Shown: piece by piece, positions 36,836 to 49,076 of the stretch | How positions within the stretch are numbered: position 1 is the first letter of the stretch | Layout: each line of letters opens with the position of its first letter | NCBI GenBank assembly: GCA_965649765.1 | Contig: OZ287749.1 | Location: 76,322,001 to 76,386,000, forward strand | DNA: 64,000 bases | Source of the DNA: Bispira polyomma | Lineage: Eukaryota | Direction: 5' to 3' | Notes under the pieces: model-generated | Database searches by the model: none | Seen by the model: only the letters and a program-made list of their open reading frames with translations | What the model was told of the DNA's origin: nothing | Position numbers and translations under genes: made by a program

Positions 36836-38279
36836 TACTACCACTAGTTTGGTTGTTTGGTGGTTATTTATTTATGTTCTACTACTACGGTCTAATATAT
36901 CTTAAACTTTACATGTATAACTATTAATTCATAATGTACTACATAAGTACAGCTCTGGTTAGGTAACCAGAATAATTGTATACTAAAAATAATAGAACTT
37001 ATATATATACAGTATACTAAATATTAAGAACTAAAAATGCATGTATCGGCACCAGGTTCATCTTATTCAAATCAAACATCTTAAAATAAAATTTCAAATT
37101 TAATTCATATCAAAAACTTTCAAAATCAAACATTTTAAATCTTGACTAATTATATATATAATAATTCATAAAATTGGGAAGCTGTTGGCTTTAAGTTAAG
37201 GCTCCCTCATACCTATGAGGTCACCTTAGCTTAAATAGAATAAGTAATATGGTGTGTAACTGTAACATAGTTAATTATTAATATACTCACAATTGGCAAC
37301 AGGTACCTTGCATTAATTCATTAAACTCAAAAATTTTACAATTTCAATTAAGTAATTTCTAATTCCCATTCTCAAAACCCATGGTACCTGATGCCCTTGT
37401 TAGGGTGACCTTAGTCATTTAAGGTCACCCTACAAATGTTTTGTGTTGTACATAAAATGTAGTAGTAGTAAAATAAAATTTTATACCCGCAATACTCAGT
37501 GTACTCACTGGTCACTCAAGGTCACACATAGACTGTGCCTATGTTATAAAAGTTTAACTGTTATTGACAGAGTTTATTTTAAAAACTTGTTTCTTATCAC
37601 TTTTTAATGTTGTTTTAGTAATTTTTTCCTTGGGACCGACATGTTTCACAAAATTATGTTGCAATATCACTTTCTGCAAAAACAATTCTTTATTTAAAAC
37701 ATATAGTACTCATCTAACCTAATATGCTCCCTACTGTTTTTTTTTATTAATTCCGACTTTCACATCTATTTCCTGAAACCTTAAACTATAACTTGACTGA
37801 CAGCCTTAAAAATACCTAGGGTAACCTTACTAATAGGGTAATTGGGGTTCTTAAATTTAAAATAGTTTATGATTTTAGGGTGAAAGTTTAGGCGACCTTA
37901 AACTTAGTTTAAGACTACCTTAAAGGATTTTTATCTGAATAAATCTTGCTTTTTATATATTCAGCTTCGAATATCAGCACTGTTAACTTGGATGTTTATA
38001 TAGTATAATAGTTTTAGGATTGTGTGTTTGTAAATAAAATGTTATATTCCGCAATCTTGTCTTTACCCTGTGTTGGAACCTTTGGCCTAGAACTGGGAGA
38101 AAGCTCTGAATCCAGCCTTCCTGGTGGATGCAACAGAGAAAACAAAAAGTCCATTACCTCTCTTCAGGTTACTGAAAGAACAAAGAAAAGCAAGGTAGCA
38201 GGTTGTTGGGCCACAACAGTCTTGAAAATGTTGACATGGATTGTTGTTTTTTGGTGTATGGAGTGACATCGGTATCAGT

Positions 38280-39150
38280 GCTCAAGCAAAAAATGACCCT
38301 TTATAGATAGCTTGGAATGGATTGACTTATTAATCCAAAAGGGAATCACAGTAGTCAAGGCAATTACTTGCAAGGGCAATACCCACAATTATAGCAGTAT
38401 CTAGTTACAAATGGTTTCTGATTCCTATGATATCACAAAAGTGATAATAGCAGGAGCAACAGATGTGACCAATATGGGTATTAGAAAGTCAAAAGTGACA
38501 CCAAGGTTCTTGGCATTATCAGAAGGCATTATATATTTACATAGAAGAATCATGATCTTATGTGTATGAAGGGTATAAAGTTGAGGGCCGAGGACAGAGC
38601 CCAGGGTTACTCCTTGTGGCAAGTTGAAAGAGGATGAGAAGTGATTATCTAATTTAGTTGTTTTGCTCTGAGAGTGAGATAGGATTTGATCCAATCAAGG
38701 ACAGTGCCATTGAGTCCAAACTATTATTTGAGGGTGTCAAATAATAGTCCATGGACAATGGCGGGTGAGAGATCTAAAAGAGTGAGCAAAACTGTTTTGT
38801 CATGATCCAAGGTAAGGTTTATATTGTTACTAATGAAAAGGGGCACTTTCTGTTTATTGAAACTTTCTGTAAGCAGATTAGTGACAGTTTGCAATGCTGT
38901 GTGTGTTGAGGCGGTCAAAGATTTGTTGTGCAACAGTTCTCTCGATATAAAGCTGAGATTGGATGCTGGTCTATAATTTTTAGCTGGTTTTTGTCAAGCC
39001 CTGTTTTTTTTTTAGCAAAGGAGCAACTTTACCGATTTTGCAACATGACGGAAAAATACCATGATAAAGTAATAAATTAATCATGTTGGTTATAGGTGTG
39101 ATAAGAATCTCGAGGTATTTATTCAGAATAATGGCCAGGACAAGATGTAA
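38280..39150 (-). mobile_element. L2/CR1-clade LINE reverse transcriptase remnant
   Basis: Fragments KNYRPASNLSFISR, LLTLLDLSPA, GVTLGSVLGPQLY, AKNLGVTFD in the expected order, with deletions and frameshifts. Confidence 0.8.
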
Positions 39151-40346
39151 TTCGCAGGATTTTCTAGAAAAGGCTATAATGAGTTTTAATATGCCATTCT
39201 CTAAAAGTGTGTGGAAATGGAATATATTAAAAACTTTGTAGCCCTGGCTAAGTTGCTTATTTTGTCAATAAAGAATTTACCAAATTTATCTGCTAAAAAT
39301 GTGAGGCAGTGATTGAACTTTTTTAAATGTAAGGTGAATAATTCTGTTTATTTAGTCCCAGAATGACATGTTATTGAGGCCATTTGGACTATAGGTATTT
39401 ACTTTGGATATTTGGCAACAGAATATTTGACAATAAGTGATTTTCCCCACAATAAACAGAAAAATAAATGGGTATAAGTGGCAAGTCGTGGCTCTTATGG
39501 ATATCCCTATAACCTTAGAACGGTGTGCCAATCTGTAGATATACAATCATATAACCAGTGTTTCTAAAACTAAAAAGAAAATCCATACATTTGCTGATTT
39601 ATTTAATACTAATAATAATAAAAGTATACAAAAACAGTGTTGTACAAAAAAGATGACACATGTAATCTATTAGATTCTACCAACGTTGTAATGGAATTGT
39701 TTAAATTGATGAAACATACAAAATATCAAGGTAAACGTTCATTACCAAATCGATAGTAATAAAGAAAAATAACCCCAAAAACATTCCATAAATTGATATC
39801 TTAACACAACTAAATATTGCCAGGCAGTAAATGTATCCCTTCCATATTAAGGCTATTTGCTCAATAAATACAGCTTGTTTAGCTATGACTTTAAATCCGA
39901 CAAAACTGTTATCAATAAAACACGATATTTTGGTCTTTTGGTCAGATTTATCTACAAAAGAACACAATATACTTTGGTGTAGAATTTAATTTTTATTTTA
40001 TGTAAAAACTGTTCAAGTATCATAGCTTAGTATTTTGTGGGTGTTCTTTTACTAGTGATCATATGATCTGTGGACATCAACTAATTTAAATCCTCAAACA
40101 CATTCAATTATTTTCAACCATTCTTCTCTTTTCACTTGACAATTTGATTACATAATATAAAACAAAAACACTTTCTTTTAAAATTGATGCATACTAATGT
40201 CTAATGTCCTCCCATTCCAGTTTGTAGTTTGTCACACTTACACACAGATAATAAAAACAATATATAGAAACTTGGATGGCTTAAATTGTAATACAGAAAA
40301 ACACACACACACATTATAATAATATCCTTAAATCTTCTGTACGACC

Positions 40347-40982
40347 TTAGTGAGGTGCGGCACCATTATTGCACTTATCGCCATCACAGAAGCAGTAGAT
40401 GGCGCCACCTTGGTAATGACATCCGGTCTTGTAGGGGTTCACACCAAACTCGCCCTTGTAGCAACCTCTGAAGATGTCTCCATTGGGGTCCTTTCTGACA
40501 TAGCAGTTGCTGGAGCAGTCCCATACATCAAGACCAAACATCTCTGCTTCCTGACCACTGAATGGGCCCATGCACTTGTCCCAACCTCCATTGACAGTGT
40601 AAGGCACAGGTACATAGGTTTTCTTCACATAGCCTCCCTTTTGCTGTCCGTAGCCTCCTTTCTGCTGTTGCTGATGTGGTTGTTGTCCGTAGCCTCCACT
40701 GGACTGGTGTCCGTATCCTTGCTTGTTCTCTGTACCGTATTCCTTGCCGTATTTCACAGATTCTACAACGACTTTCTTACCATAGTAGGTCTTGGGCGGA
40801 GAGTATGCACACTGGTAGCAATTCTTGCCTTTCTTCTTGTAGGTCTTGGGCTGGTATCCATAGCTTACTTGCTGCCCATATCCTCCCCCTCCTCTTCCTC
40901 CTCCTCCTGAATTAGACTGGTATCCAAAGCCATAACAAACTTCGATAATTACAGCAATGCAGAGGAGAACCAAACCTTTCAT
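40347..40982 (-). CDS. Secreted Gly/Tyr/Gln/Lys-rich Ly6/three-finger (Quiver-like) protein, copy 3 (211 aa)
   Basis: ATG at 40982-40980; near-identical to copy 2; flanks 39600-41730 homologous to the flanks of copies 1 and 2. Confidence 0.9.
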   Translation of the reverse strand: MKGLVLLCIAVIIEVCYGFGYQSNSGGGGRGGGGYGQQVSYGYQPKTYKKKGKNCYQCAYSPPKTYYGKKVVVESVKYGKEYGTENKQGYGHQSSGGYGQQPHQQQQKGGYGQQKGGYVKKTYVPVPYTVNGGWDKCMGPFSGQEAEMFGLDVWDCSSNCYVRKDPNGDIFRGCYKGEFGVNPYKTGCHYQGGAIYCFCDGDKCNNGAAPH

Positions 40983-41088
40983 TGTTGATGATGGTTTTTG
41001 CACAATGTTTACTAAAATCGGTTAATGTATTGTGAGCTGTTTTCAAGTGACTGAACTGTTTTGTGGTCTGTGTTGAGTTGTGTGTTGC

Positions 41089-41095
41089 TTATATA
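41089..41095 (-). promoter_or_regulatory. TATA box of Ly6-like copy 3
   Basis: Same conserved promoter block as copies 1 and 2. Confidence 0.7.
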
Positions 41096-42054
41096 CTGGT
41101 AGTTAGCATCTCAGTGGCATGTCCACTTTGTAAAGAATGTGACTGTAAAAAACAACTAGCCATTTTACAACAAAAAATATGGTCAGAGTATTTGAGTCAA
41201 CCTTAATGTACTGGCTGTGATTCTTGTTAACCTATTCGTTTTAGATTACAACCTATTATGTATATTGGGAAGCATGTGTAATATTGAAAATATTTTAAAG
41301 AATGTAAATATAAATATGTAATAGATAGTGACTGGAGGTATAAATAGTCAAATGGAGATAATTTTAAGTTTAAGTGTACCCTTAACTATTAGATATATTA
41401 GACAGACATGTAATAGCAAACCTGTACACACACACTCACACATATTCATATATAGGTGCAGTTAAATATTTGGCACCAGTGGCTCTATTAAGCATGTACA
41501 CCACACTCTGTTACATAAACATGAAAAAGGTCGTGCTCCTGAAAATGGTGTCTGACTTGGCTTAAGCTGAATTAACTGTAATTAACACATTGCAAAAGAA
41601 ATTACTTTACACTTAAATTAAACTTTTGTGTTGTTATGTTTGTAGTTATCACAGAGAGAAGTAACAGCTTTTGGTATTTTTTAACTGATAATCCCTTTCA
41701 ATAATACTTTATAATCATTCTTGAAAATGTTATTTTATTTGGTGCAACTTACAAAATTGAGGTATTTCTCTGTGGAGAACTAAGGTGACCTTAAGCTGGT
41801 GGAACTGTGGTCTGTCTATGAATGACAGTAAATGACTGTAGCAATCGAGGTTTTTGGTACATGGCCAGAATGTCAAATAAATGTGTAGTTCTATTATCAT
41901 GCACTCCTCGATTTGCACAGAGAAGAGGAATGTGTCTGTGTAACAGTTCTACTGAAAATAAAAAAGGATACATGTTGTATTTAATATATATAGGGCTAGC
42001 CTTGTAAAAGGCTTAACGTGGTAACTATAGTCAGCTTTTTAAAACTACATTCAT

Positions 42055-42165
42055 CCTCTGCTTGGGTTACAGAATGTGATGAAGTGTGATGAAACTTAAC
42101 AATTGCTTTTCTTCTCTGCTTGGGCTACAGAATGTGATGAAATGTGATGAAACTTAACAATTGCC
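42055..42165. repeat. Two-copy tandem duplication (about 58-60 bp)
   Basis: CTCTGCTTGGG(T/C)TACAGAATGTGATGAA(G/A)TGTGATGAAACTTAACAATTGC twice. Confidence 0.8.
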
Positions 42166-45138
42166 AATACTGTGTTGACAATATAGATGGAGTCAATATA
42201 TTTACACAAAATGGGTAAATAAGTGTTGACTCGATTGGAGTCCAATGCCAAATAATATTGATAACCCGAGGCAAAAGCTTCATTCATCCTGTCTGAATAC
42301 AAACTGTATTCTATTGTATTCAAATTTGTGGCCAGCGCATGTATCTACCTTTATATATTATTAAAAATGTTAATTCTTGATTGTCTAAGTACAGCCAACC
42401 AGTAACTGTCATTAAACTGAAGAGGGAGAGGCTCAAGGACACAGTTTATTAATGTACCAAAATGATCTTTAGCCTGCCACTGAGGATAAGATCCAATGAC
42501 TGAAGCCCTCTATTTGACATAGTCAGGCTGGGATTGAACCCATCCAAGTTGTCTGTATTCATACGTGAGTGTATTACTCACTAGGCCACAGTGGCAAACT
42601 TTCGAAGTAAGACTTTCAAAACTAATATGCTTTGGATTTAAAATGGAAGCAAAGTCTTTAAACAAATCTTTTTTAGTGGGGGGCATGTGACCCCAGTATT
42701 GAGCGTGGGGATTTAGTAGACCGAGTTTTCTGTCGTCGATATGGCCGTTTTTTTGTGATGGTGGCCGTTGGTGACAGAGTTGTTTACTATAACAAATTGT
42801 TGTAAATGTGAAACAGCATATTTAGGCATACACTTCATTTGACCATCATATAATGTCAAGGACATCTGTATTGATCTTTCCTTTACTTATGTAGATAGAA
42901 TTATTTTTGATCTTGTTTTATTAAAATTATATCATTGGGTATCATTGGTATTAAATAAAAATGTAAATCTGTTATAATGTCAAATTATTTCTATCAGAAA
43001 ACCCCGAGAAATCCCATAGGAAGAGATGGTGTGCGCATGCGCCAACAGGTTCTCGCTATCAAACATGGAGGATAAATTTACAGAAACCTTTTATATATCT
43101 TGTATAAATTAAAATATTGATGATCGGCATTCAATAAAGGCTCTTGTACAAAACAAACCATTTATCTTCAATTCCATATATTTTTTACTAGCTAAATCCT
43201 TATTTTGGGTTGTTATTTCTTACATTTTCGTTGCTGTTACACATTGCATCGTTGGCTAGAATCTATAATGTTGCCCATGGCATATATGTGTTAGGTTGAT
43301 AGTATATATGGTGGTTTTGTAGTTCAGAAAGCTTGACTATAGACCTTGTTAGCCACCATCCCAAAGAAGATAAATGAATATATTGGCCATTACGCCTGTG
43401 GAAGGCTACAAACAAATGTGCAAGAAAAGGTGTGGACTGAACTAATTGCTAATCGTGTCAGAAATCAAAAACAAGTCTTCAGTTCTGCACAATTTTTTCG
43501 GTTTAAATACTGTATAAGTTGACACTTTCACTGAGAATTAATATCTGCCGGTGAGACTGTTTGGTAATAGTTATAATTGCCTTTTAAATTTGTATCAATT
43601 TTGTTTTTTTAAAAAATGAAACTTTTTCTAGTAAATTTCTTGAAATTGTACATCAGATTAGTGAAATTTATCTTTATATGCAGCATATGCAGCTGTAGTA
43701 TGTTTATTTGGACAAACTGAGTTCGGTAAAAGTGACTGCTATGTGAAATAAGTGAAAAGTAAAGCTATACATTTACTAATTAGATATAAAGGAAAGTCAT
43801 TTAGATCATACTATAACATCTATAAATATGAATTTTGATTATGCCAAGTCTAAGATATAGAATGTCGAAGCTCATATTTAAGAATAAAATCACAAACTCC
43901 AGGGTGAAGCCAGATGTTATAAATTGTTTATCTTCTTTTTTAATGGTTTGAAAAGTATTAAACATCCTAAAGGTTATGTGTATTGTTTTATTTTAAGTAT
44001 GTTGATCGGCTCGTTACTGTAGCCTCTTTGGTACTGGACAACTGGACATTGTATACCTCTGTCAGTAGGCTATGTTTTTACATCTGGCTGTTGGTTCTTT
44101 TGTTTGTTTGCTCCTTTATATGTAGGATTATACAAACATACTAAACTAATTTTGTGGAGGGCTAGGGCATGAGCCGAGAAAGAATCCAGTAAATTTTAGT
44201 GGAGTACACACCTCTTCCAAGGCATCACAGGGCAAAAAAGTGTGAAAACCCTTATTCTTAAAGTATCACAGAAATATCAAACATTATAGAAGGGTAGGAA
44301 TGAGCCCAAAATAATCCATTAGGTTTTAGTAGAGCGCATATCTTTGCAAAGACACAATAAGTGAAAAACATTACTGGATCCACACTAATTAAGTGGGGGT
44401 TCGACATTCAGGTTTGGTCCCCGACCTTCCGGATTTTGAGGTCCGGGACACATACAGGAAGGTCGGGGAGCAAAAACGGTGTGGTCGGGAAGGTCAGGAA
44501 GAATGTAAAAAAAGCTAATATTTTGAAAATGGTCCCGACTTTGGTCCTGGACCTCACAGTTGGGACCATCAATACATTCGATCCTTTTGCCAATATGTTC
44601 TATCGGATAGGTCGGGCGCACTGCCGGACTGTCCTATTGCCGGCCCGGCCTGTCCTATTGGGATCCGCCCCTTTTTCAATATGACAGGCCGGGCCGCCAA
44701 TCCGATCGAACTTATTTGGCTCCCGACTTGACGTATTACACCCCGTTTGTACTTTTTGTCATCCCAGCAGAACTTGGTGTGAATACGTTTTTTTACCCGG
44801 ATCAAAATTAACACAGCAGGACAGAACATATTGGCTATCAGATCTACCGGGAGAGGTAAAAGATCGAACAGGGGGAGGATAGGACAGAACTTATCAGCAA
44901 TAGGATCTGATGTATTCAGTACCGACCAATAGGATCGAACTTATTCAGTATGGGATGTTTGGGTATAAAGACATCCCGTCAGTATTGGACTTGTTGTATG
45001 TGGAAATTGCTGACTGGCACAAAGTTGTGTTTTTTTGTAGAGAGGGATTTTTATTGTTTTTAATTAGTTATATGTTTTGAGTTTAGGGCAAGTTTTACAG
45101 TTAGGTTTTTTTCACACACAACATTAAAGATACCTATA

Positions 45139-46002
45139 TTGAGAAGAGTCAAGAGGAAGATTGTGGAGGAGAGAGAGAAGGAGTTTGAAGTGGGAGTTTC
45201 ATCTGATGAGATAGAGAGGAAGAGGAGAGATGACAGGGGGAGTCCGACAGTCAGTGAGAGAGCAGAGAGTGAGAGAGAGGATGCTTCACAAGGATTGCCT
45301 GGATCTTCACAGTACAGAGGACGCATGAAGAAGGCAGGAAAGATGGTCCACGTCATACTGACAGAGGAGGACGAGGAAACAGTGTTGGATTTTGTCAGAG
45401 ACAACAAGGTGCTTTTTAACAAGCGCCACGAACAGTTCAAGGACAGGACACTGAAGGAGAAGTTGTGGTCCGATTTTGCAGCTACCTGTGATTTGAAAAC
45501 CAACGAGGTTAGGACTTGGTTTGAGTCTGGACAAGCCGCACCCGATTTTACAGAGCGAGAGAACTGGCTAATCGCGCACTTCTCGTTTCTGGGATCACAC
45601 ATTGTCAGGCATGTCAAGTTTTCAGGCTTCAAGCCCAGCGCGACGTCCACTCAGGGATTGTCACCACCCTACCAGGGAAGCCACGCTGTGTCCAGATGTT
45701 CCAGCATCGGAGAAGAAGGCGACAGCGTCACAGAGACCAGTCTCAGGAGCCTCCAGAAAAATTCCCCATCTCGACTCAGCTCAGATGCCAACCAGATGCT
45801 AGGAGAGCACCTCACGCAGAACAGGACACTGATGAGTAGCTTGGTTGGAGAGCAGAGAAGTCCCCAGAAGCCTGTGACCAACCGTAGCGCCTTTTTCGCC
45901 TACCTATCAGCCGAGGCAGAGAAGTTGGACGAGGGCGAGTTTCAGAAGTTCCGAGACAGTACCTTATCCTGCCTCAGCCAGATCCAGCAAGGCAGAAGTT
46001 AA
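45139..46002 (+). CDS. Harbinger MADF/Myb-SANT-like DNA-binding protein (probably damaged; frameshifted continuation to about 46680)
   Basis: LTEEDEETVLDFVRDNKVLFNKRHEQFKDRTLKEKLWSDFA..VRTWF, W-L...FSFL..HI and C-terminal SAFFAYL..E...L...F..F; first ATG at 45325. Confidence 0.75.
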   Translation: MRRVKRKIVEEREKEFEVGVSSDEIERKRRDDRGSPTVSERAESEREDASQGLPGSSQYRGRMKKAGKMVHVILTEEDEETVLDFVRDNKVLFNKRHEQFKDRTLKEKLWSDFAATCDLKTNEVRTWFESGQAAPDFTERENWLIAHFSFLGSHIVRHVKFSGFKPSATSTQGLSPPYQGSHAVSRCSSIGEEGDSVTETSLRSLQKNSPSRLSSDANQMLGEHLTQNRTLMSSLVGEQRSPQKPVTNRSAFFAYLSAEAEKLDEGEFQKFRDSTLSCLSQIQQGRS

Positions 46003-47819
46003 CCCCTCAGAAGTGCCTTCGCCAGACCAGCCTTGACATTTACCCTGTTGCAAGCGCCTGGATTGAGCTACGTGGTGATGGATAGAGCTACAGAGTCTTC
46101 GGCTGTTGCACAGAAGCCCGCGTTTCAACAGAACTTTTCGTCCCAGCAGTCTTAGCACCCACCACAGTACGTTGTGGTAGGTAGAGCTACAGAGTATTTG
46201 GCTGCTGGGTCGTCACAGCAGAAGCCTGCTACCACGTTTCAACAACAGAACTTTCCGTCCCAGCAGTCTCAGCACCCACCACAGTTTGTTGTGGTGGGTC
46301 CAGCTACAAAGTCTTCGGCTACTGGATCGTCTGTGAAGTCGCTGACTTACTTCAGCATGGAAGAACATTCAGGGGTTGCTACTAAGTTGAAGATGCCGAG
46401 CATATCTCCTAGTAAACAGTACTCAAACCCGCCTTCTAATGCGTTCTTGTTTGAGGAGTCTGCACACAACACATCAACAATTTTGAGCTTTCTGAGGAAG
46501 TACAACAGCGAACTACCCCAGGAACACGCCACAGGAATATTGGTAACGCCTTTACCAGTGGACAATCAGCAGTCACAAGTGGTCCTGATCGACAACACTG
46601 ATCATCTCACAGGCCCCCCACACCTCAGCCAGAGTCCGAGCCCGTGTCACAGCATCAGCTACACCTCAAGCCCGCTTCACTAGCACCGTCTACTTCTACC
46701 ACTCCACGACCAACACCGCCACAGTAGCCAGTCAGCAGTCTCCAAAGGGGGTGGTGTGTTTCGAGCCACCCCAACGTCACCTGCGGCCCTTTTTAGGGCC
46801 ACTCAATTCCCCCAAGAACAATATGTTGAGCTTTTGTTAAAAAAAATAAATCCCAAACATAAGATTACGCTGTCCCCTCAAAAAAAATTAACACTCATAC
46901 AGACCAGACTTACTTATCACCCCCCCCCCCCAATAATTGTTTGTGAATGTCCAACTTGTCCCTGTTTAGATAATTTTGTTTGAGAATAGGGGGGGTGGGG
47001 GGGGAAGAATTAAAACCTCCCAAAATTGCCCAAGTAAGTATCTAATTTAGAATGAAAATCCCTATCCCCATTGGAAAAGTTTTTGTTAAGTGACAAGGGA
47101 TACCAAATATGAGATATTATTAGAAAAAAGAAATAAAAAGTCTGTCAAATCAGTCCCAATAAGTACCAAATTGAGATATCATGTCCCCATCCCCATAATA
47201 AATGTTTCTGATAAATAATGACAGACAATAATGGTAAGAAATTGTTTTAGAAGGGAAGACAGTACAAAGTCTGTCCCAAATAACCCAATAAATACCAAAT
47301 TGAGATACAAGCTCCCCAGGCTGTAATGCACTGTGTGTGTTTTTGGGGGAAAAGAAAAATCCACAAATAATTTTGAGGAAAAGGAATTGAGAATCTTTTT
47401 CTTAAACTTTAATTTATGTGTTGATGCAATGAAAAGTTTTTTTTGTAGGCAAAATAAATAACCTCGTGAGATAAAAATCTTCCAAATGAGTGGTCACACA
47501 ACTTTTTCTGGTTTCAACCCTTTTTGCCCAAAACAACTGGCACCAAGGGGTTTCATTATGTCTGTGTGTGTAGGGTTTTTAACATTTTCAATGTTTTGTG
47601 GGAGGACTGGGTAAGTTGTATGTATGTAGGGGTCCTGGGTATTACATTTAGTGATTGTTATTTTTAATGGGTTGGGGGTGGGAGTGTAACAAACAGCTCA
47701 AACATTGTTTTTAAAATATTTGGGTGGTCCTGAAAAGGACCTTTTAAATTTTTTGCTACTGCAAGACCTCTGGGTTGGCTTCTCATCTGGCTGAGGTAGT
47801 TAGGCTCAGGCTTAGGTTT

Positions 47820-49076
47820 AACTCTTTCCTCTTGCCACGGGACTACCCCCTCATTCATAAAAAAGTCCATTAACACGTCCCTCTGTTCTTTGGCTGCCCT
47901 GGATGGGTTTTTGTGGGTGGTCGGTCGATTTCCAAGTAACTACACCTCGGGTTCAGGTGGATCATCTTGTGGGTTGGGGTGCTCTAGTGTTAGGTTTCTA
48001 CACCGGCTTCTCAGTATGTTATGTAATATCACACACGTCAATATCAGATTTGAGGCCACTAGGGGGTGCTGTTGCATCATCGTCAGTAATAGGCAGAAGC
48101 GGCTGGCCAAAATCCTAAAAGCATTCTCCACTACCCGCCTTCCCCTGGATATCCTGTAGTTACAAATTCTCTGTGCATGGGTGAGTTCCTTCCTCGAGTA
48201 GGGTTTTATCATCCACGTTTTCAGAGCAAAGGCGTCGTCCCCCACCAGAAAGTATTTCACGTCACGTCGAGACCCCTCAAACAGTGGTGCAGGTCTGGGC
48301 AGCCCAATGGATCTATCTTCTATCTTCTGCTTGAGCTCTGAGTGGTTAAAAATTTGGGTGTTGGAACAGGAACCACTACAGCCAATGTCCACCCAAATAA
48401 ATCTGTAGTCCGCATCAACCAGGGCAAACAGGACAATGGAGTGGAAGCCTTTGTAGTTGTAGAATTCGCACCCAGCCTTGGGAGGCTTCTTGATGGCCAC
48501 GTGCTTCCCATCGATAGATCCAACAGCATGAGGGATATTCCACCTGTTCCTGTAGACTTCTTCTATTTTCAGCCAGTCTGCGGGGGTGGTTGGGCAGGCT
48601 AGATTTTCTGTCTCATATTCCCTAATGATGGTCTTGCATACTTCTGGTATAAACTTGGTGATAGATGATTTCCTAACCCTGAACTGGTAGGACAGGGACC
48701 TGTAGCTCTCCCCAGTGGCCAGGTGCCTCAAAGTTACAGCCAGTTTCAGTCCAACATCCAAGGGCTTTCTGAACCAAGTTATTTCTTTTTTCACATGGGG
48801 TGTTATCCTATCCTTGATTTCGTCAAATATATCAGGTGGTAGCCTGAAAAAATTCCTGTATGAGGCTGCATCCCCTTCCTGTACCTCCGGCACTAAGTTT
48901 GTGTAGTAGCCTAGGGTCTCTCTCTGACCGATCCAAGGCTTGACCCAGCAGATGGGTGACATACGTGGAAGTCTAATCTTCTGCGGGGGAGCCCAAGAGG
49001 CGCGTGGTGGTGTTGAGTTCAAATCTTCCTGAGCCTGAGCCTGAGCCTTGTCTTTGTCATGTTGTAATATAAGCAT
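47820..49076 (-). CDS. HARBI1-like DDE transposase (frameshift near the C-terminus)
   Basis: KLAVTLRHLATGESY, GSIDGKH (D), YNYKGFHSIVL, LVGDDAF (D), NYRISRGRRVVENAF (E), CVILHN; tail EQRDVLMDFFMNEGVVPWQ is in another frame. Confidence 0.9.

Noticed and set aside
47940-49076. Domesticated host HARBI1 gene
   Set aside because: Lies within TIRs with a MADF partner, has a frameshift, and has a non-autonomous relative nearby.
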